From IMG/VR virus record IMGVR_UViG_3300031760_000053: DNA of 64,000 bases; one strand, written 5' to 3'. This document shows positions 33,067 through 45,900 of the stretch, piece by piece. Origin of the DNA: an uncultured virus (IMG/VR IMGVR_UViG_3300031760_000053) (lineage: Duplodnaviria > Heunggongvirae > Uroviricota > Caudoviricetes). How positions within the stretch are numbered: position 1 is the stretch's first letter; every line of letters starts with the position of its first letter. A model generated the notes under the pieces. It saw only the letters and a list, made by a program, of their open reading frames with translations, was not told the origin of the DNA and searched no databases. The translations under genes were made by a program, and so were the position numbers.

Positions 33067-33618
33067 ATGAACGTAATAAAGGTACTTTCGGACACAAAAG
33101 ATACGTTAAAGGTAGGGGAAATGACGGAGTTTCAAGGAAAATTGAAACACCGCAGCCCGAAACAGGTGGAATCGTTGGCAAATAGCTTGCTTACGGAAGG
33201 TTTGATTATGCCATTTGTGATATGGCGGCACGAAGGTAAGAACTTATTGCTTGATGGACACGGGCGATACAAGGCTATACAGTATTTAGCTGAGAAAAAC
33301 GGTGATGAAGCTGTCTTGCAACAGGACTTCCCTGTGCTATATATTGATGCTCAGACAGAGGAAGAAGCTAAAAAAGCCCTTTTACAGATTTCAAGTAGGT
33401 ACGGAAACGTTACGAGAAAAGGTGCAGCTGCATTTTGTGCTACGATACCGCAATACAAGGCTCCAGTGCTAAAACCTTTTTCGACAGACAGCAGTGCATC
33501 GAAAAAGTTTAAGGCAAAAGCGACGGACAGAACGTTGATAAAGATTTCTGTGCCGAACGATATAGCTGAGGAGATTAAAAAGATGCTTTCGGAAGTACCA
33601 TCTATAAGGATAGTGTAA
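33067..33618 (+). CDS. ParB/Srx N-terminal-domain protein
   Basis: SLLTEGLIMPFVIW...LLDGHGRYKA; next to terminase. Confidence 0.8.
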   Translation: MNVIKVLSDTKDTLKVGEMTEFQGKLKHRSPKQVESLANSLLTEGLIMPFVIWRHEGKNLLLDGHGRYKAIQYLAEKNGDEAVLQQDFPVLYIDAQTEEEAKKALLQISSRYGNVTRKGAAAFCATIPQYKAPVLKPFSTDSSASKKFKAKATDRTLIKISVPNDIAEEIKKMLSEVPSIRIV

Positions 33619-35594
33619 TGGGAAACATACTTGCGCCAACAGTGAATAAGACAGAAGCATTTGAAGAAGAGTTCAATACCACAGGAATGAAAAAGAACGA
33701 CAGTGGCGTTGAAAAAGAATCGCTAACGCAGTCTTTTAGGAAACTGCTTAATCTTCCTGCACAGGAAGATGAGATAAGGCGCAAGGACCAGAAACACATA
33801 GAACAAACGTTCTTATCGGTATATGAGATTGCGAGTAATGAAGGATTGACAGTTGCCGAGTGGGTGCAGAAAGACCCTACGACTGCTGTTGCTTATGCTG
33901 AAAACAGCGTAGCGTATTGGCAGAATATATTGACAACAGCAGCGATGACGGGTGCATTGGAAATCACCCTTGCTAATGGAGAAACGGCGAACAATCCTGT
34001 ATCAAAGAATCAAACAAAGCTGATTGAAGTAAAGATACGAGAGTGTCAGAAACAGTTGGACTTTGTAAATGAGTTGGCATTAACATCATACCGAGATGAT
34101 GAGCAGCGCAGAGATGCGTTGCAGCGTGTAATGTATAGGCGTGCTTTGAAGGGTGACACCCGAATGGCGATATACTTACACGATAGAACAGAAGGACGAC
34201 CGAGTGAGAGTAAAGTTGCGGAACTGGACTACGACTATACGTATGCTGTATGGGCGATATTGAAGACCTTGTTTGATAAGCAGCTTGAAGTGTTGAACTC
34301 TGGCTCTGGTGTACGTTTAGTATGTTGTTCCCGTCGAGCGGGAAAGACGCACTTGCTGACAGCAATAATGTTGATTGAGTGCTTACGTCGACCGAGAACT
34401 AAGGTTATGTACATTGGAGAAACAATGCTACAGTCCGAGAGTTTGGTAGACAAAGCAGCGAACGACATTATTGATGCAGCGCAGTTGCGTGACAAAAGAG
34501 GACGACGACTTGACTGGAAGCACTTGGACAATGGGTCTGAGATTATGATTCGAGGTCTTTCAAATACAAAAGACCCTGACCAGATTCGTGGACACAATGC
34601 TAAAGTCATTGTAATTGATGAGTTCTTCCATTTGAAAAGTGAATTGCTAGACTATATGCAGCAGCAGGTTTTGACACCTATGCAGATGGACTTTGCAGAC
34701 GATTATATGTTCATCTGTGCAGGAACGCCGCCGAGAATTAAGGGAACGTTCGGAGAGAAAGCATGGAACGAATGGAAAGTGCCTAAGTTCCATTGGACGT
34801 GGAAAGACAATCCGCATCCTGTAAATATGGAACAAAGGGCGGCATTTATTGAGCAGAAACTCAAGGAGCAAGGTTTGACGTGGGAAAGTTCGTTTGCACG
34901 TCGAGAATACTTAGGTGAGTTCTGCTATGACGAAGACTTGTTGCTATATCCTACCTATTATACATACGACCCAAGAGAAGCGTTACCGACCGTACAGCCG
35001 ACGAGAATTCTTTTTGGCATTGACTACGGTGTATCAGATAATGACTGTTTGATTGGCGTAGCGTGGAATGATGATGAGAATCGGGGTTATGTATTCTGCG
35101 AAGAGAAGTTCAACAGACTTGACGTACCGCAAGGTGTATCACAGCTTGAAATGCTGAGTGAAAAGATAGAACACGCTTGGTACGATGCTTTTGATTACTT
35201 CCCAGGACTTGACAAAAAAGAAGCAAATAAGAGAATATGGTTTGATGCTGATGACAATGACCAGCATTTGACAGATTACTTGAATATGAATGTACACGTT
35301 ACATACATAGATGAGCAGACACAAGAGAGAAGAAAGTTAAATCTTTCAATACAGAACGCACATAAGACAGACAAAGGCTTTATGTTCGACCGCTTGAACG
35401 ACCAATTTAGAACAAGCAACTTGCTTGTTATGAAAGGTAGTAAGCTAGAAACAGAGTTGAAATCTACAATCCGAAAGCGTGGTAGCAAGGGTGAAGTGTA
35501 CAACGAAGTTGATGATAGTGCATATCATCCAGATTTGTTACCTGCATTAAGATATGCTATGTGGAATGTAATCGGCGTTAAAGGAGTAAAGTAA
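33618..35594 (+). CDS. terL: terminase large subunit with TerS-like N-terminal extension
   Basis: SRRAGKT, VIVIDE, AGTP, REYLGEF, GIDYG, HPDLLPALRYA. Confidence 0.9.
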   Translation: MGNILAPTVNKTEAFEEEFNTTGMKKNDSGVEKESLTQSFRKLLNLPAQEDEIRRKDQKHIEQTFLSVYEIASNEGLTVAEWVQKDPTTAVAYAENSVAYWQNILTTAAMTGALEITLANGETANNPVSKNQTKLIEVKIRECQKQLDFVNELALTSYRDDEQRRDALQRVMYRRALKGDTRMAIYLHDRTEGRPSESKVAELDYDYTYAVWAILKTLFDKQLEVLNSGSGVRLVCCSRRAGKTHLLTAIMLIECLRRPRTKVMYIGETMLQSESLVDKAANDIIDAAQLRDKRGRRLDWKHLDNGSEIMIRGLSNTKDPDQIRGHNAKVIVIDEFFHLKSELLDYMQQQVLTPMQMDFADDYMFICAGTPPRIKGTFGEKAWNEWKVPKFHWTWKDNPHPVNMEQRAAFIEQKLKEQGLTWESSFARREYLGEFCYDEDLLLYPTYYTYDPREALPTVQPTRILFGIDYGVSDNDCLIGVAWNDDENRGYVFCEEKFNRLDVPQGVSQLEMLSEKIEHAWYDAFDYFPGLDKKEANKRIWFDADDNDQHLTDYLNMNVHVTYIDEQTQERRKLNLSIQNAHKTDKGFMFDRLNDQFRTSNLLVMKGSKLETELKSTIRKRGSKGEVYNEVDDSAYHPDLLPALRYAMWNVIGVKGVK

Positions 35595-38002
35595 TGGCAG
35601 ATACTAATGACACAAAACCAAAGAAAAAAGTTGTAGTAGTAAAAAAGAAGCCTACAACAGAAAAGAGTTACTCAGAAGAAGACCGCAAGAAGTTGATGGA
35701 GTTTGCAAGAAATCACGGAGATGCGATACAGGCTGCCGTTCGTGGGGAACAACGAAGAGATACAGATGCAGCTAGAGATGTAACTAAAGTTCCGCTACAC
35801 AAAAGTGACTTTAAGGCTGCAAATCACGACAGCTCGATGGGTGCAAATGTCTTTACAGGTGTATCAAGAGCTGACAAAGACATTATCCAATCGGAGCTTG
35901 CAAGAGCAATTCGTGAAGGAAATGGACCACAACAATATGACCCTGAAACATCTTTGACAGGACGTAGACAGGTTGAGAATGATTTGTCTTACTTCCAAGA
36001 CGTAGGGGACACGTCAGCTGCAGGAACGTGGAGTGACTTTGAAGATGTTTGGAACAAAGGAATAAAAGGTGAACGTCTTCCAACAACAAAAGAACGTGAC
36101 ACAATGATAAAGGACTTTGAAACTCCTGTTGCGAAAGATGTTTACAGCGGCGTAGTCAACCTTGAATTGCATAAAAAGAAAGAAGCTCTTGAAAACAGAA
36201 AAAAGAATCTTGAAGAAGAGCTTGATGAGAATCCAGAAAAAACAGAACTGAAAGACCAGATAGCTGATGTAGAAAAGCAGCTACAAGAAGTAAGACGACA
36301 ATTACCAGCTATTGATTTGGGCGCAGGGACTTCAAGGAAACAGCAGTTTGATAACAAGTTAAAAGCGTACGAAGATAGGTTTGTGGAACTTACAAGAGAA
36401 CTTGAAAAGAATCCGCACTCAGAACGCTTGCTAAATGAGAGAGCGAACCTAGAAGCAAACGTAAAGGCTTTACTGAATCAAAAAGATACTTACGTACCAA
36501 AAAAAGGGCAGGACTCTCTGATTACGAATTATGGTCATAGCTCAGGCAAATGGTCTATGACTGTTGGTGACCTAAAACTTTTTATGAAAGAGAAGGGGTT
36601 AACAGACTACCAGATTGGAGAAGTTATAGCGCAAAGATTCCCTACTCCGCCGTCAGATGATATGAGCATAACCTCTCAGGATGTATGGGAGTGTGCGCAT
36701 TTAGTGCCACAGATGGCTCAGACAAACTTCAAGAAGAACAACGCAGCTCAGCTTGATGTGAATCGAGAACTAGAGTCCAAATTTTTCTCTCCTGGAAATG
36801 CTATGTATAAGTACATAGATATGCACCCAGATAAGATATTACAAGCAGTACCTGCATATAAGGCTGTTAAGAACATAAAAGATACTGCAGAGGCGTTTCA
36901 AAAGTTAAAGAAAGAGATTCAAGGCGCAGCGAAAGAAGCCTTTGGTCCAGGAAAAGGAAGAGCTGACGAGTTTCATAAAGTAAAAAGTCAATTAACATCT
37001 CAGCAATCACTTGAAAAAGGTACGGTCCAAGAAAGAGTAGACAAAGCCTTTGGACCTTTATTTGACCCATTTATAAAAGAATTTCTTGTAAACTATAATG
37101 ACCCTAGTACAAATGCTGGTGTAACACCTCTGGTACAAGGTGTTACAGTTGAAGAAGAGGTAGCTGGTACTGGAGAAGGTGATGGAGAAGGCGGAAGCGG
37201 AGAGTTGTCTGCTCCTTTGTTGAAGAACTCAGATGCGTCTTTTGTAAATGCAACACAAGATGCTGCAGATGAAAAGAAGAAAGAATCATATACATCTTCG
37301 GACGGCGTAATGAACGTTGAACATTTGCCAGGAGGTATGCCGCCAACACAGACACCTTTGACAAGAGCAGAAGCTCAAGCCAATTTGTTGCAGCAAAAGA
37401 TAGATACTTTGACTTCTGCTGTAGAGGAATTGGATAAACAAGCAGGTATAGCGTCTGACCACGGTAAGAAAAATGAAGCCAAAGAATTGTGGGGTCAAGT
37501 AGGAAAGTACGAAGAGATTCTAAAGGACTTGACAGCATTAAAAGAAAAGTTGATGAAGGAACACGAAGCGGAACTCTATAAAAGAGAGCATCCTGACCAG
37601 CCAGCCCCGTATGAAGGAGAAAGTCTTACAGAACAAGAAAAAGATTTCCTAAACGGATTTTTGGCAGACTCAGCACCTATAAGGTCAGTTTCTATCTCAG
37701 GACCAGAAGAGAAGGGGGCTGAAAAGGTAGGTAAGATTCCTGAGGTGACAGCAGGTTTAAGCGGCTTCCAAAAAGAAGGTCAAGATGCTATACTAAGAAC
37801 TCTTCAAGGAGCGTCATCTCAGTCGGGAACGCCTTTAGGAGATGTTGTTAGCGGTTATGCTGATGGCAACACAGAAGAAGGTTTTACTGACAACAACACC
37901 TACGAAGGTGTTGATGAAGCTATAAAACGTCAGCAAGCCAAGAATCTCTTATCATCAGTGTTAAGAGGTATAAACAGTCAAACAGGAATGACAAGTGATT
38001 AA
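35594..38002 (+). CDS. large charged coiled-coil protein, probably virion-internal
   Basis: 802-aa ORF between terminase and portal; AAGGAG RBS. Confidence 0.6.
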   Translation: MADTNDTKPKKKVVVVKKKPTTEKSYSEEDRKKLMEFARNHGDAIQAAVRGEQRRDTDAARDVTKVPLHKSDFKAANHDSSMGANVFTGVSRADKDIIQSELARAIREGNGPQQYDPETSLTGRRQVENDLSYFQDVGDTSAAGTWSDFEDVWNKGIKGERLPTTKERDTMIKDFETPVAKDVYSGVVNLELHKKKEALENRKKNLEEELDENPEKTELKDQIADVEKQLQEVRRQLPAIDLGAGTSRKQQFDNKLKAYEDRFVELTRELEKNPHSERLLNERANLEANVKALLNQKDTYVPKKGQDSLITNYGHSSGKWSMTVGDLKLFMKEKGLTDYQIGEVIAQRFPTPPSDDMSITSQDVWECAHLVPQMAQTNFKKNNAAQLDVNRELESKFFSPGNAMYKYIDMHPDKILQAVPAYKAVKNIKDTAEAFQKLKKEIQGAAKEAFGPGKGRADEFHKVKSQLTSQQSLEKGTVQERVDKAFGPLFDPFIKEFLVNYNDPSTNAGVTPLVQGVTVEEEVAGTGEGDGEGGSGELSAPLLKNSDASFVNATQDAADEKKKESYTSSDGVMNVEHLPGGMPPTQTPLTRAEAQANLLQQKIDTLTSAVEELDKQAGIASDHGKKNEAKELWGQVGKYEEILKDLTALKEKLMKEHEAELYKREHPDQPAPYEGESLTEQEKDFLNGFLADSAPIRSVSISGPEEKGAEKVGKIPEVTAGLSGFQKEGQDAILRTLQGASSQSGTPLGDVVSGYADGNTEEGFTDNNTYEGVDEAIKRQQAKNLLSSVLRGINSQTGMTSD

Positions 38003-38336
38003 ACTTTTCAAGAAAAGGGTAAAGGTGGCAAAAGAGCCATCTTTGCTCAGGCAAATAATATCGGTGTACTACGAACAGGCAAAGAGAAGAAAGGCTTTGC
38101 GCATACTTGAGAAACAGAATTGGAGTATGGAGTTTTTATCAGGGGTCTTAATAAAAGCGGCAAAGAACAATGAAAGATTGTCGCTTGTAATTGAAGACAC
38201 TGCAGGAAGAAAGATTACGTTAACAACAAAAGAAGCGGCAGCTCGTTTTGAAAACATTGACGATTCTATCTTCAACCATCTTGATGATGAAATTGCTATA
38301 CAGCGTTTTGTCAGAGAGCATAATACGAGGAAGTAG
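37995..38336 (+). CDS. hypothetical protein
   Basis: GTG start overlapping upstream stop. Confidence 0.6.
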   Translation: MIKLFKKRVKVAKEPSLLRQIISVYYEQAKRRKALRILEKQNWSMEFLSGVLIKAAKNNERLSLVIEDTAGRKITLTTKEAAARFENIDDSIFNHLDDEIAIQRFVREHNTRK

Positions 38337-38338
38337 GT

Positions 38339-39994
38339 ATGAGTACGATACAGTGGGAAAAAGATGTAACAGGTATGGCAGTGCCGACATTGTATCCAGG
38401 CGAAAAGAGTGACAACTGGGAAATCCCTAACAGCGTGTCTGACGAGTACCATAGGTTAAACGGTATTATAGAGAGTAAGTACAGTAAAGAGTTCTTAAAA
38501 ATCTGCGCTTTCTATAATAAGATGTTTCCATCTTTAAGAACAACAACGAGTCAGACTCCGTACAACTCTATTGCTTTTACAGTAAAAGACCAAGAGAGAA
38601 CTGATACAGGAGCAGGTACTAACTATAACTACTTAAAAGCTATAGTAGACCAGATTACATCACGATTAGGAACAATTCTTTTCCAACCAATGTTGACAAG
38701 TGAAGACCCGAACTATGAGTATGTGATATACAAAGATACTGTAGAGAGGGTTTTGAGAACATTTATTCGAGATGATAACTTCAATCGCATTTGTTTGGAG
38801 AGTTTTCACAACGCAGCTATCTTAGGATACTCACACGTATTCATAGACCCGTATACAGGAAGGCTAGTAAAAGCACCTGATTACACAATAGGCTTTTTTG
38901 AAAGCCAATTTAACCATAATAACATCACACAAATGCTGTATAGAGATTATTCTTTCCCTGTTACAGAGGTAGGATACTACTTAACAGAGTGTGATGACAA
39001 GCAAAAAACCGAAGTAATGGAATCTATACTAGGTAGAGATAGCGTAGATTTCAAGATGTACTTCGATTGTATAGCTCAAGAGGTGTATGTAACCATAGGA
39101 AGTAAGACTTTACCAGCGAAAAAGTACCCTTTTGACAAGGTTTTGATGGCTACTTTTCAATGGGATACGGGCTTTAATCGCACTCATACAACGTCAGAAT
39201 TTGACAAATTATACCCAATTCAGAGGGAAATTAACAAGATTGCAGCCAAAATCCAGCAGTTTGTAAGGCTTTATAAAGGTCCTGTACCTGTTTTTAACAG
39301 CGATATAGACCTAGTTGTAAAGCAATTAAGCAATGGAAGTGGCGAAGTATTGGTTGTAGACAGTGGTAGACCTGTAGATTCTTTAATGACTGTCATAAAT
39401 CCTACTCCATTGGACAGTCAGTTGGACGCACAGATACAGGCGTACAAGACAACGATGTTTGAATTGAGTGGAATCCAGAACAGTTCATTCGATATGGAGC
39501 AGATGCGAAGTGCGAGTGCTGTCATTGCTCTTGACCAGATGCGTGATAGCGTATTCCAAGCACAGATGAGTGCAATGAGCCAGTTCATAAAGGACGCTTT
39601 GCATTTGTACATACAGTTCTATGCAGAGTTTCCTGACTTTAGTCCAGCAGCAGCAGTTGTTGACTGGAGGACTGTAAACAATCTGATGAAGAACAGTTAC
39701 ATAGACTTGAAGCCAGTACACTTAAACGACTTTACATCGGATACGAACACAATCGACACAAAGCCGAGTGACTACATAGAAATGATGTCATCGCAATTCT
39801 TGTTGAAATTGTTGAACAACAAGGCAACTTATGATACAATACCTTATTATCTTGACCCTGCGCTTGTAACAAAGAAGGTTGCAGAAACTTTAGCGAAGTT
39901 TGCAGCGTTAGGACTTGAGATTCCGATGAGCATACATAAGTATCTGATAAGAGCGTATCTGGAAGAGATTGCTGCAGGACAAGGAGAGTTGTAA
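38339..39994 (+). CDS. putative portal protein
   Basis: 551 aa near terminase; NYLKAIVDQITSRL, PIQREINK, ELSGI...SASAVIAL portal-like segments. Confidence 0.7.
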   Translation: MSTIQWEKDVTGMAVPTLYPGEKSDNWEIPNSVSDEYHRLNGIIESKYSKEFLKICAFYNKMFPSLRTTTSQTPYNSIAFTVKDQERTDTGAGTNYNYLKAIVDQITSRLGTILFQPMLTSEDPNYEYVIYKDTVERVLRTFIRDDNFNRICLESFHNAAILGYSHVFIDPYTGRLVKAPDYTIGFFESQFNHNNITQMLYRDYSFPVTEVGYYLTECDDKQKTEVMESILGRDSVDFKMYFDCIAQEVYVTIGSKTLPAKKYPFDKVLMATFQWDTGFNRTHTTSEFDKLYPIQREINKIAAKIQQFVRLYKGPVPVFNSDIDLVVKQLSNGSGEVLVVDSGRPVDSLMTVINPTPLDSQLDAQIQAYKTTMFELSGIQNSSFDMEQMRSASAVIALDQMRDSVFQAQMSAMSQFIKDALHLYIQFYAEFPDFSPAAAVVDWRTVNNLMKNSYIDLKPVHLNDFTSDTNTIDTKPSDYIEMMSSQFLLKLLNNKATYDTIPYYLDPALVTKKVAETLAKFAALGLEIPMSIHKYLIRAYLEEIAAGQGEL

Positions 39995-42900
39995 TGGAAG
40001 GCGGACAGAAATCGAATATAGACCTTACATCAGGGATTGACACACAAAGCAATGATATGCTTGTGAATGTGAACAATCCGAAGTTTTTGCACAACAGGCA
40101 AAAGATGCAAGGACGATATATGCCAAACTCTGTCCGTTATGAACACGATGGGTGGGCTGTAGACAACGACATATACGAATTTGAAAAAGACACTGTGTTG
40201 ATAAATACGTATCCTAAAGGATACACAGTGTCAAGAGATATAATGTCGTCGGAAATTCCTTTATATAGATTTATAGTAAAAGACGAAAACGGAAACAAAA
40301 TCGGAAGCTGTAAATACACACCTGCTAGTACACTGTTTGATAGCAATGGACAGTTGTCTATACCAGTGTCGAATACTTTGACTGCAAAAGTAAAATTCAA
40401 CAGGGGAAAGGCACAATGGGAATTAGTAGAAGGGGAAAACTGTAAAGTAGAATCTACACGGGACAGTCAGTATAGATATACTATAACAGTTATAAACAAG
40501 GCAAAAACTTTTAATGGTTCTTATAAGTTTACAAAAGGAACGAACTTAAAGCTCGGTCAGAAAGAGTATAGCTTAAAAGAACAAACATCAACAGGTTCAA
40601 AGTATGGTACAAGTAAAGTTACTGTCGAAACTAATAGTACTGCCGTAACAGACATAAAAGTAAATGGAACGTCTATAAAAAACAGTACGAGTAGAGCAGG
40701 GACTGTAGGAATAAAAGACAAAAGTGAGTTGACTTTAATTCCTGCAGAGAAAAACTTTTTGACCCATTTTGAAGGTATAGGAAGTACCGAGCCGTTGAAG
40801 CTGATAGGATTGGATGCTCACGACAAGGTTATAGATGATTACATATCATTGGCTATTGTTTGTGAAGAGGGAACTGTAGGAAGTGATGGGCAAGTAACTT
40901 GGACAGAGATTGAACAATCTTTATTGGGGTATGATACAGACGGGCATAAATACAGATTAAGGCTTGATGTAGCAGTCCCTGTTTGGGGAGGCATATCTTT
41001 CGAGAAAGGTGTAAGGAAGACTACTACAGGAGTGCCGCAGGTTACTACACCAGAAGACCTTGCAACAGAAGGAGATTGGAAGTTACAGTTAAAGCCAGGA
41101 AAAATGCAGTCTGGATACCTTAGACGATATGGTTCTAGGGTGTTATTGCCAAACATCACGGTATGGAAACATTGTAAAGATGTCACGTCAGAATGTACTG
41201 AATCAGTTATAAGCCCAATGCAATTAAGTGTGGCTTATGAATATTATAAAGTAGAGTTGACAGATTATTGGATAGAAGACACCTCAGCTAAACACGAGAT
41301 ATACGATGCGCTTGAAGAAGCGTATGAAGATAAAGAAGATGAGTATTATAAAACGGAAGAAGAAAGAGTGGATGATGTCGGCAGTGATGGGTCGGGCTGG
41401 CATACGGAAACTCATTATTGGTACAAGTTACCAAGACCTAAGAAGCATACAGGAAGCAAGACAATAAATAACTTTGATTACTGGTCTTGGACAGTTTCAG
41501 ACATCCAGACTCTAACATCAGAAACAGGAATACCAACTACTTGTACTTGGACTTCTAATACAGAATTCGTACAAGAAAAGGGAACTAATTCAGATAATAC
41601 TCTAAAAGAAGATGTAGATTATGACTATTCTGATTTAGGAAAGATTATAAAAGAAGCCTTCTACAACGCATCAATGGGGGCTTGGTATTCTCAGAAGATA
41701 ACTGCTACATTGAGGTCAGACAGTAAAGATTTCAATGATGATACTTATTATCATACAGACGTAACTCTAAATGAAGGTAACTGGCTTGCAAACTGGTGTA
41801 GAGGAAAAGATGGCGAACCGACTTTCCAAAGGGACACAGACAACTGGTTCAAATATTATGGGTGTCTAGGAGATGGCAGCATTAGAGGATTCAATTCTCC
41901 GAACGCATATTTTCCCAAAGATTGGAAAGAAGGTGTATTGGCTATGTGTTACAAGGGGGTCTTTTCAAAATACTTATCATTAAAAGACTCTGTAACAAGC
42001 AATCCAAAACAGGCAAAAGAGTTTACAGCAGCAGATTTACAGATAGAAGATGCTCCTTACGGGGGTGCTGGTACAGCTTATAACATATCAGATTTATTCT
42101 CACTAGAGGTGGGAAACGTTCGTTTCTCTACAGGAAATAACTGTATAGGGTTAAATCTTGTAAAAAAAGGAGAAGAACCTGAGTTTATTTTTTATTGTGT
42201 AAAAGACGCATCTAGTTCTACTGATTCAAATAAAACTCCTAAAAGATGGGACTTTGACGAAACTGTACAATCGTTACACGATGAAAGTCGATATGCGCCT
42301 GGTCACATTTGGAACAAAACGATAGACTTAGCAGGAAGTGCATCTGGCAATATGAAAGCAATAGCCGTATTAAAAACGTATGGTAGTTCTACAGCGCAGA
42401 ACACAATCACATTGTCTTTAGATGCTATTGAGCCGAAAGAAAAAAAATACATAACAAATATTGCAGTAAACAAGAGCAGCCTGAGTAACTTTGATGGCTT
42501 TGAAACTCCTGATGTAGACAAGCATCAATCGATGCTTGATGCTACAGTATTTGAGAAAGGGACATTTAGTGTTTCAACAGCAATATCTAATACAGGAGCT
42601 GTTACTGCTACGGTAACGGAAACAGAAAAGATAAAAGCAATTCCTGTAGGTGAAAGTTTGAAGGACTTCGGATTAGAAGCAACCATAGCAGCTGATGGTG
42701 ATTCGATAACATCAATAACTTGTACTCCTTCAAGTGTGACAGACGAGAGTACTTTTGATGTTAGTTATACAGGGGACAAGGACACAAAGAAAATAGCTGT
42801 AAACTATGTAGCTTATTTAACTACAGAGCTAGGACAGCCATACTCTATAAAGAAAGCATCAGACAACTCAGATGTAGTTACAGAAGTAAAAGATGATATT

Positions 42901-45900
42901 GTGACGGCAACTCTTGACACAGTAAAGTTTGGATACAGTTTCACAAAGGGGAAGGTCTATTTAAGTTTTAATAAGAACGAAGAGTCTTTGGGGAGCTTTG
43001 AGCTAAAACAGGATGAGTATATTCTTACTGGAAGCGTAAATGAAAAGATTGTGACTGTAAACACGTTTGAAAAAGGTATCAAAAATGGTATAACAGTTGC
43101 AAAGATTTATGAGAACGACGGGCTTCCAAATGCTGGAATAAGAAATGATGGGGACTTACTAGTATTTGAAAAAGACAAATTGTACTCTGTAAATTTGTCA
43201 GAATTCGACAACTCTTCTCAACAAGACTCTTTGAAATACTTTTATACAAGAGTAAACGATGGCAAAGAGGAACAGTTTTATTTAGGGAAACAGTACACAC
43301 AGAAAGAATATCAATTCTTGAAGCAACAGTGGAATACGACTGTAGACGTTGAGAATTACTGGTGGCTAGACCAAACTCACATACTTGAGCTAACGAAGAA
43401 GGAAATAAGAGTTCTTGTAAGAACAGATGAGCTTGACGATTGGGCAGCAGATAAGTGGGTAGTTGCAAAGACATATAATAGGTTTGACTACATAACAAGC
43501 AATGTTTTGAAATATGTAGTGCCTAATTTGTATGGAGCAGAATCTTTAACACAAGGTGGAGTATTCCTTACTTTTGAAAAGAAAAACACAAACTCTTTTG
43601 CTATAAATTTATATGAACCTTTGAACAATATGACCAAAGTTTTTACAGAGGTTTATATAAACAAGATAGAAATAGGGGAGTTTCTAAACGGTGACAAAGA
43701 ATCCTTAAACTCATATAGTGACATCCTAGTAGAGAATATGCTATCTCAAGCGACGTTTACTGCATCACTTGTAAACGGAAAACTATTCTTAGGTATTCAT
43801 TATGACAACAACTTCAATCAGTGGACGATTGTTTTTGACAGGGCTTTGTCAGAAAGATTTGTCGTGCAAGGGTATGGGTATGTAGGTGTAAACGGATTGC
43901 TCACGGGAGGAGAAATTCCTAAAAAATATCTATCAGACAAAAGTGAGGGGTACATAGGTTTCAATGATAAGGTCGAAGCGATAAGTGTACTAGGAACGGC
44001 TACTGAGGAAGATAAAGTTTATATAAAAGACTTGAGTGAGTTATCTGAGATTACCGACAGAGTTGTTGGTACAGATTCTCAACAGTGGTATATTTCAAAA
44101 GTCATTACAGATATAGTGTCACACATAAAAGTTTCTGTTGACAATGGTACTGTAACATTTACGCCTGAGTATATTCCTATTACAAACAATTACAGCGTAA
44201 ACTATGCTAGTGGAAGTTTTGGAAGTACAGTTCTAGGAGATTACAATCCACAAACGAGAGGTTTGACTGAGTTCATAAAAGGAGCAAAAGCTGATGGCTT
44301 AGAGAAGTTTTTGTCATTGGCATTGTCACCTCAGGTATGTTATTTCTGTACAAAGATAAGTACAATGACATATTTGCAGCAGACAATAGGACAGGCTGCT
44401 TATGTACATTATAATTCAAAGAGCGTACATCAATCGCTAGACTTAGCGAATCAGGATTCGTCAAAGAATTATGTACCAAAAGAAGCTGAGATAAACAGAG
44501 CGACAGCTACAGGTGTATCGTCAGACAGTATAGCTTTTGACTATCAATCTGTAAAACAGAAGGTTCAAGCAGGTGATGATATATACAGAAATCTTTTGTC
44601 ATTAGTAGGTGCTGCGGCTATATCGGCGACAGACAATGTTGCAATGGAAAAAATGAAAGTAAACTCCACTGTGAATATGTCTACTGCTAATGATTACGGA
44701 AAAGCCTTTGGAACATATTTCTTGGCAAATGCAGAAGCGGCAGCTATAAGTGATTTTACAGGACTTGATATGAATCCAAAGTTAAACTCCGAAGTAGCGG
44801 CAATGAAAACATTGGATATGTTTTATTCTACAAGTTCTGGACAAGAAATTTGTGCTGGAAGCGGTTGGGTAAATCATAACTTTGTGGCACAGTGTACAGC
44901 ACAGAGTACTACAAGTGTACAGATGGAAGGTAGACAGCAGAGATATTTCTTAATGATTTCTGCAATAACAATGATACCAATCTACGCATTGTACAAAGCA
45001 ATGAAGTGTGATGAAGAAATAGCAGAAACAACGGCTGAGTCCACATCGGGTGGTGCTACAGTATTTGCAGGACCAGCTGGTGCAGGAACTAACGCAGCCG
45101 AAGTTGCTCTTCATTATGCAACAACAGTAGCTTTAGCAGTTTTGAAGGCTTCTAAAGAAGCCTATGCTACGGTAGTAGAATTGTTACCAGATTTGTTAAA
45201 AGGTCTAGGAGCGGATAAGCTACAAACAAACATATCATCTATGTATACAAAACATAATGTAGACATAGAAGCTAGTCATAAGTATGGCACAAAGATGGAA
45301 TACTTTATGTATCCTTGTTGGAATTGTGCAGGAAATACTTATGTAGATGAAATTGTTGACGTAGGAATCAAGAACAAATCTTGGTATCTTGATATGAGTA
45401 CACACACTGAAATTGCCGAAAATGAAGATACTGTAGCTCCAGATTTTGTTACGAACAAACCTAACGAAGATATGATAGAAGACTTGAAGGGAAATGTTTC
45501 TTATTTTATAGCAAACATAAAAGGGTCTTCTACAGAGAAACCTCTTCCTGTTGGAATGGCTAGTGTAGAAGGAGTAGGAACATTCTTGCCTACAACTTTA
45601 TATAAAAACGAGAATATAGGCGAGAGTGAACCTGTATTTACAACACCGCCGTTCCAAGATTATATCATCGATGAGAGTTGGAGTTTAAGTCGAACTGCGA
45701 GTGTAGGAATGACAACTTGGGTAAGTTGCAAAGATACAAAGCTCATAGACGGAGAGCCAAGCAATTTTGCTATCTCAGATGATTTCTGCGGTGTAGCATC
45801 TCCTTATGCTGCGATAGAGGTTCGTAGAGGTATTGAGATGAAATATCTCAGACCATTTGCTATAACTCCAAAAGTTTTGTCATTGAATTGTACAGGATAC

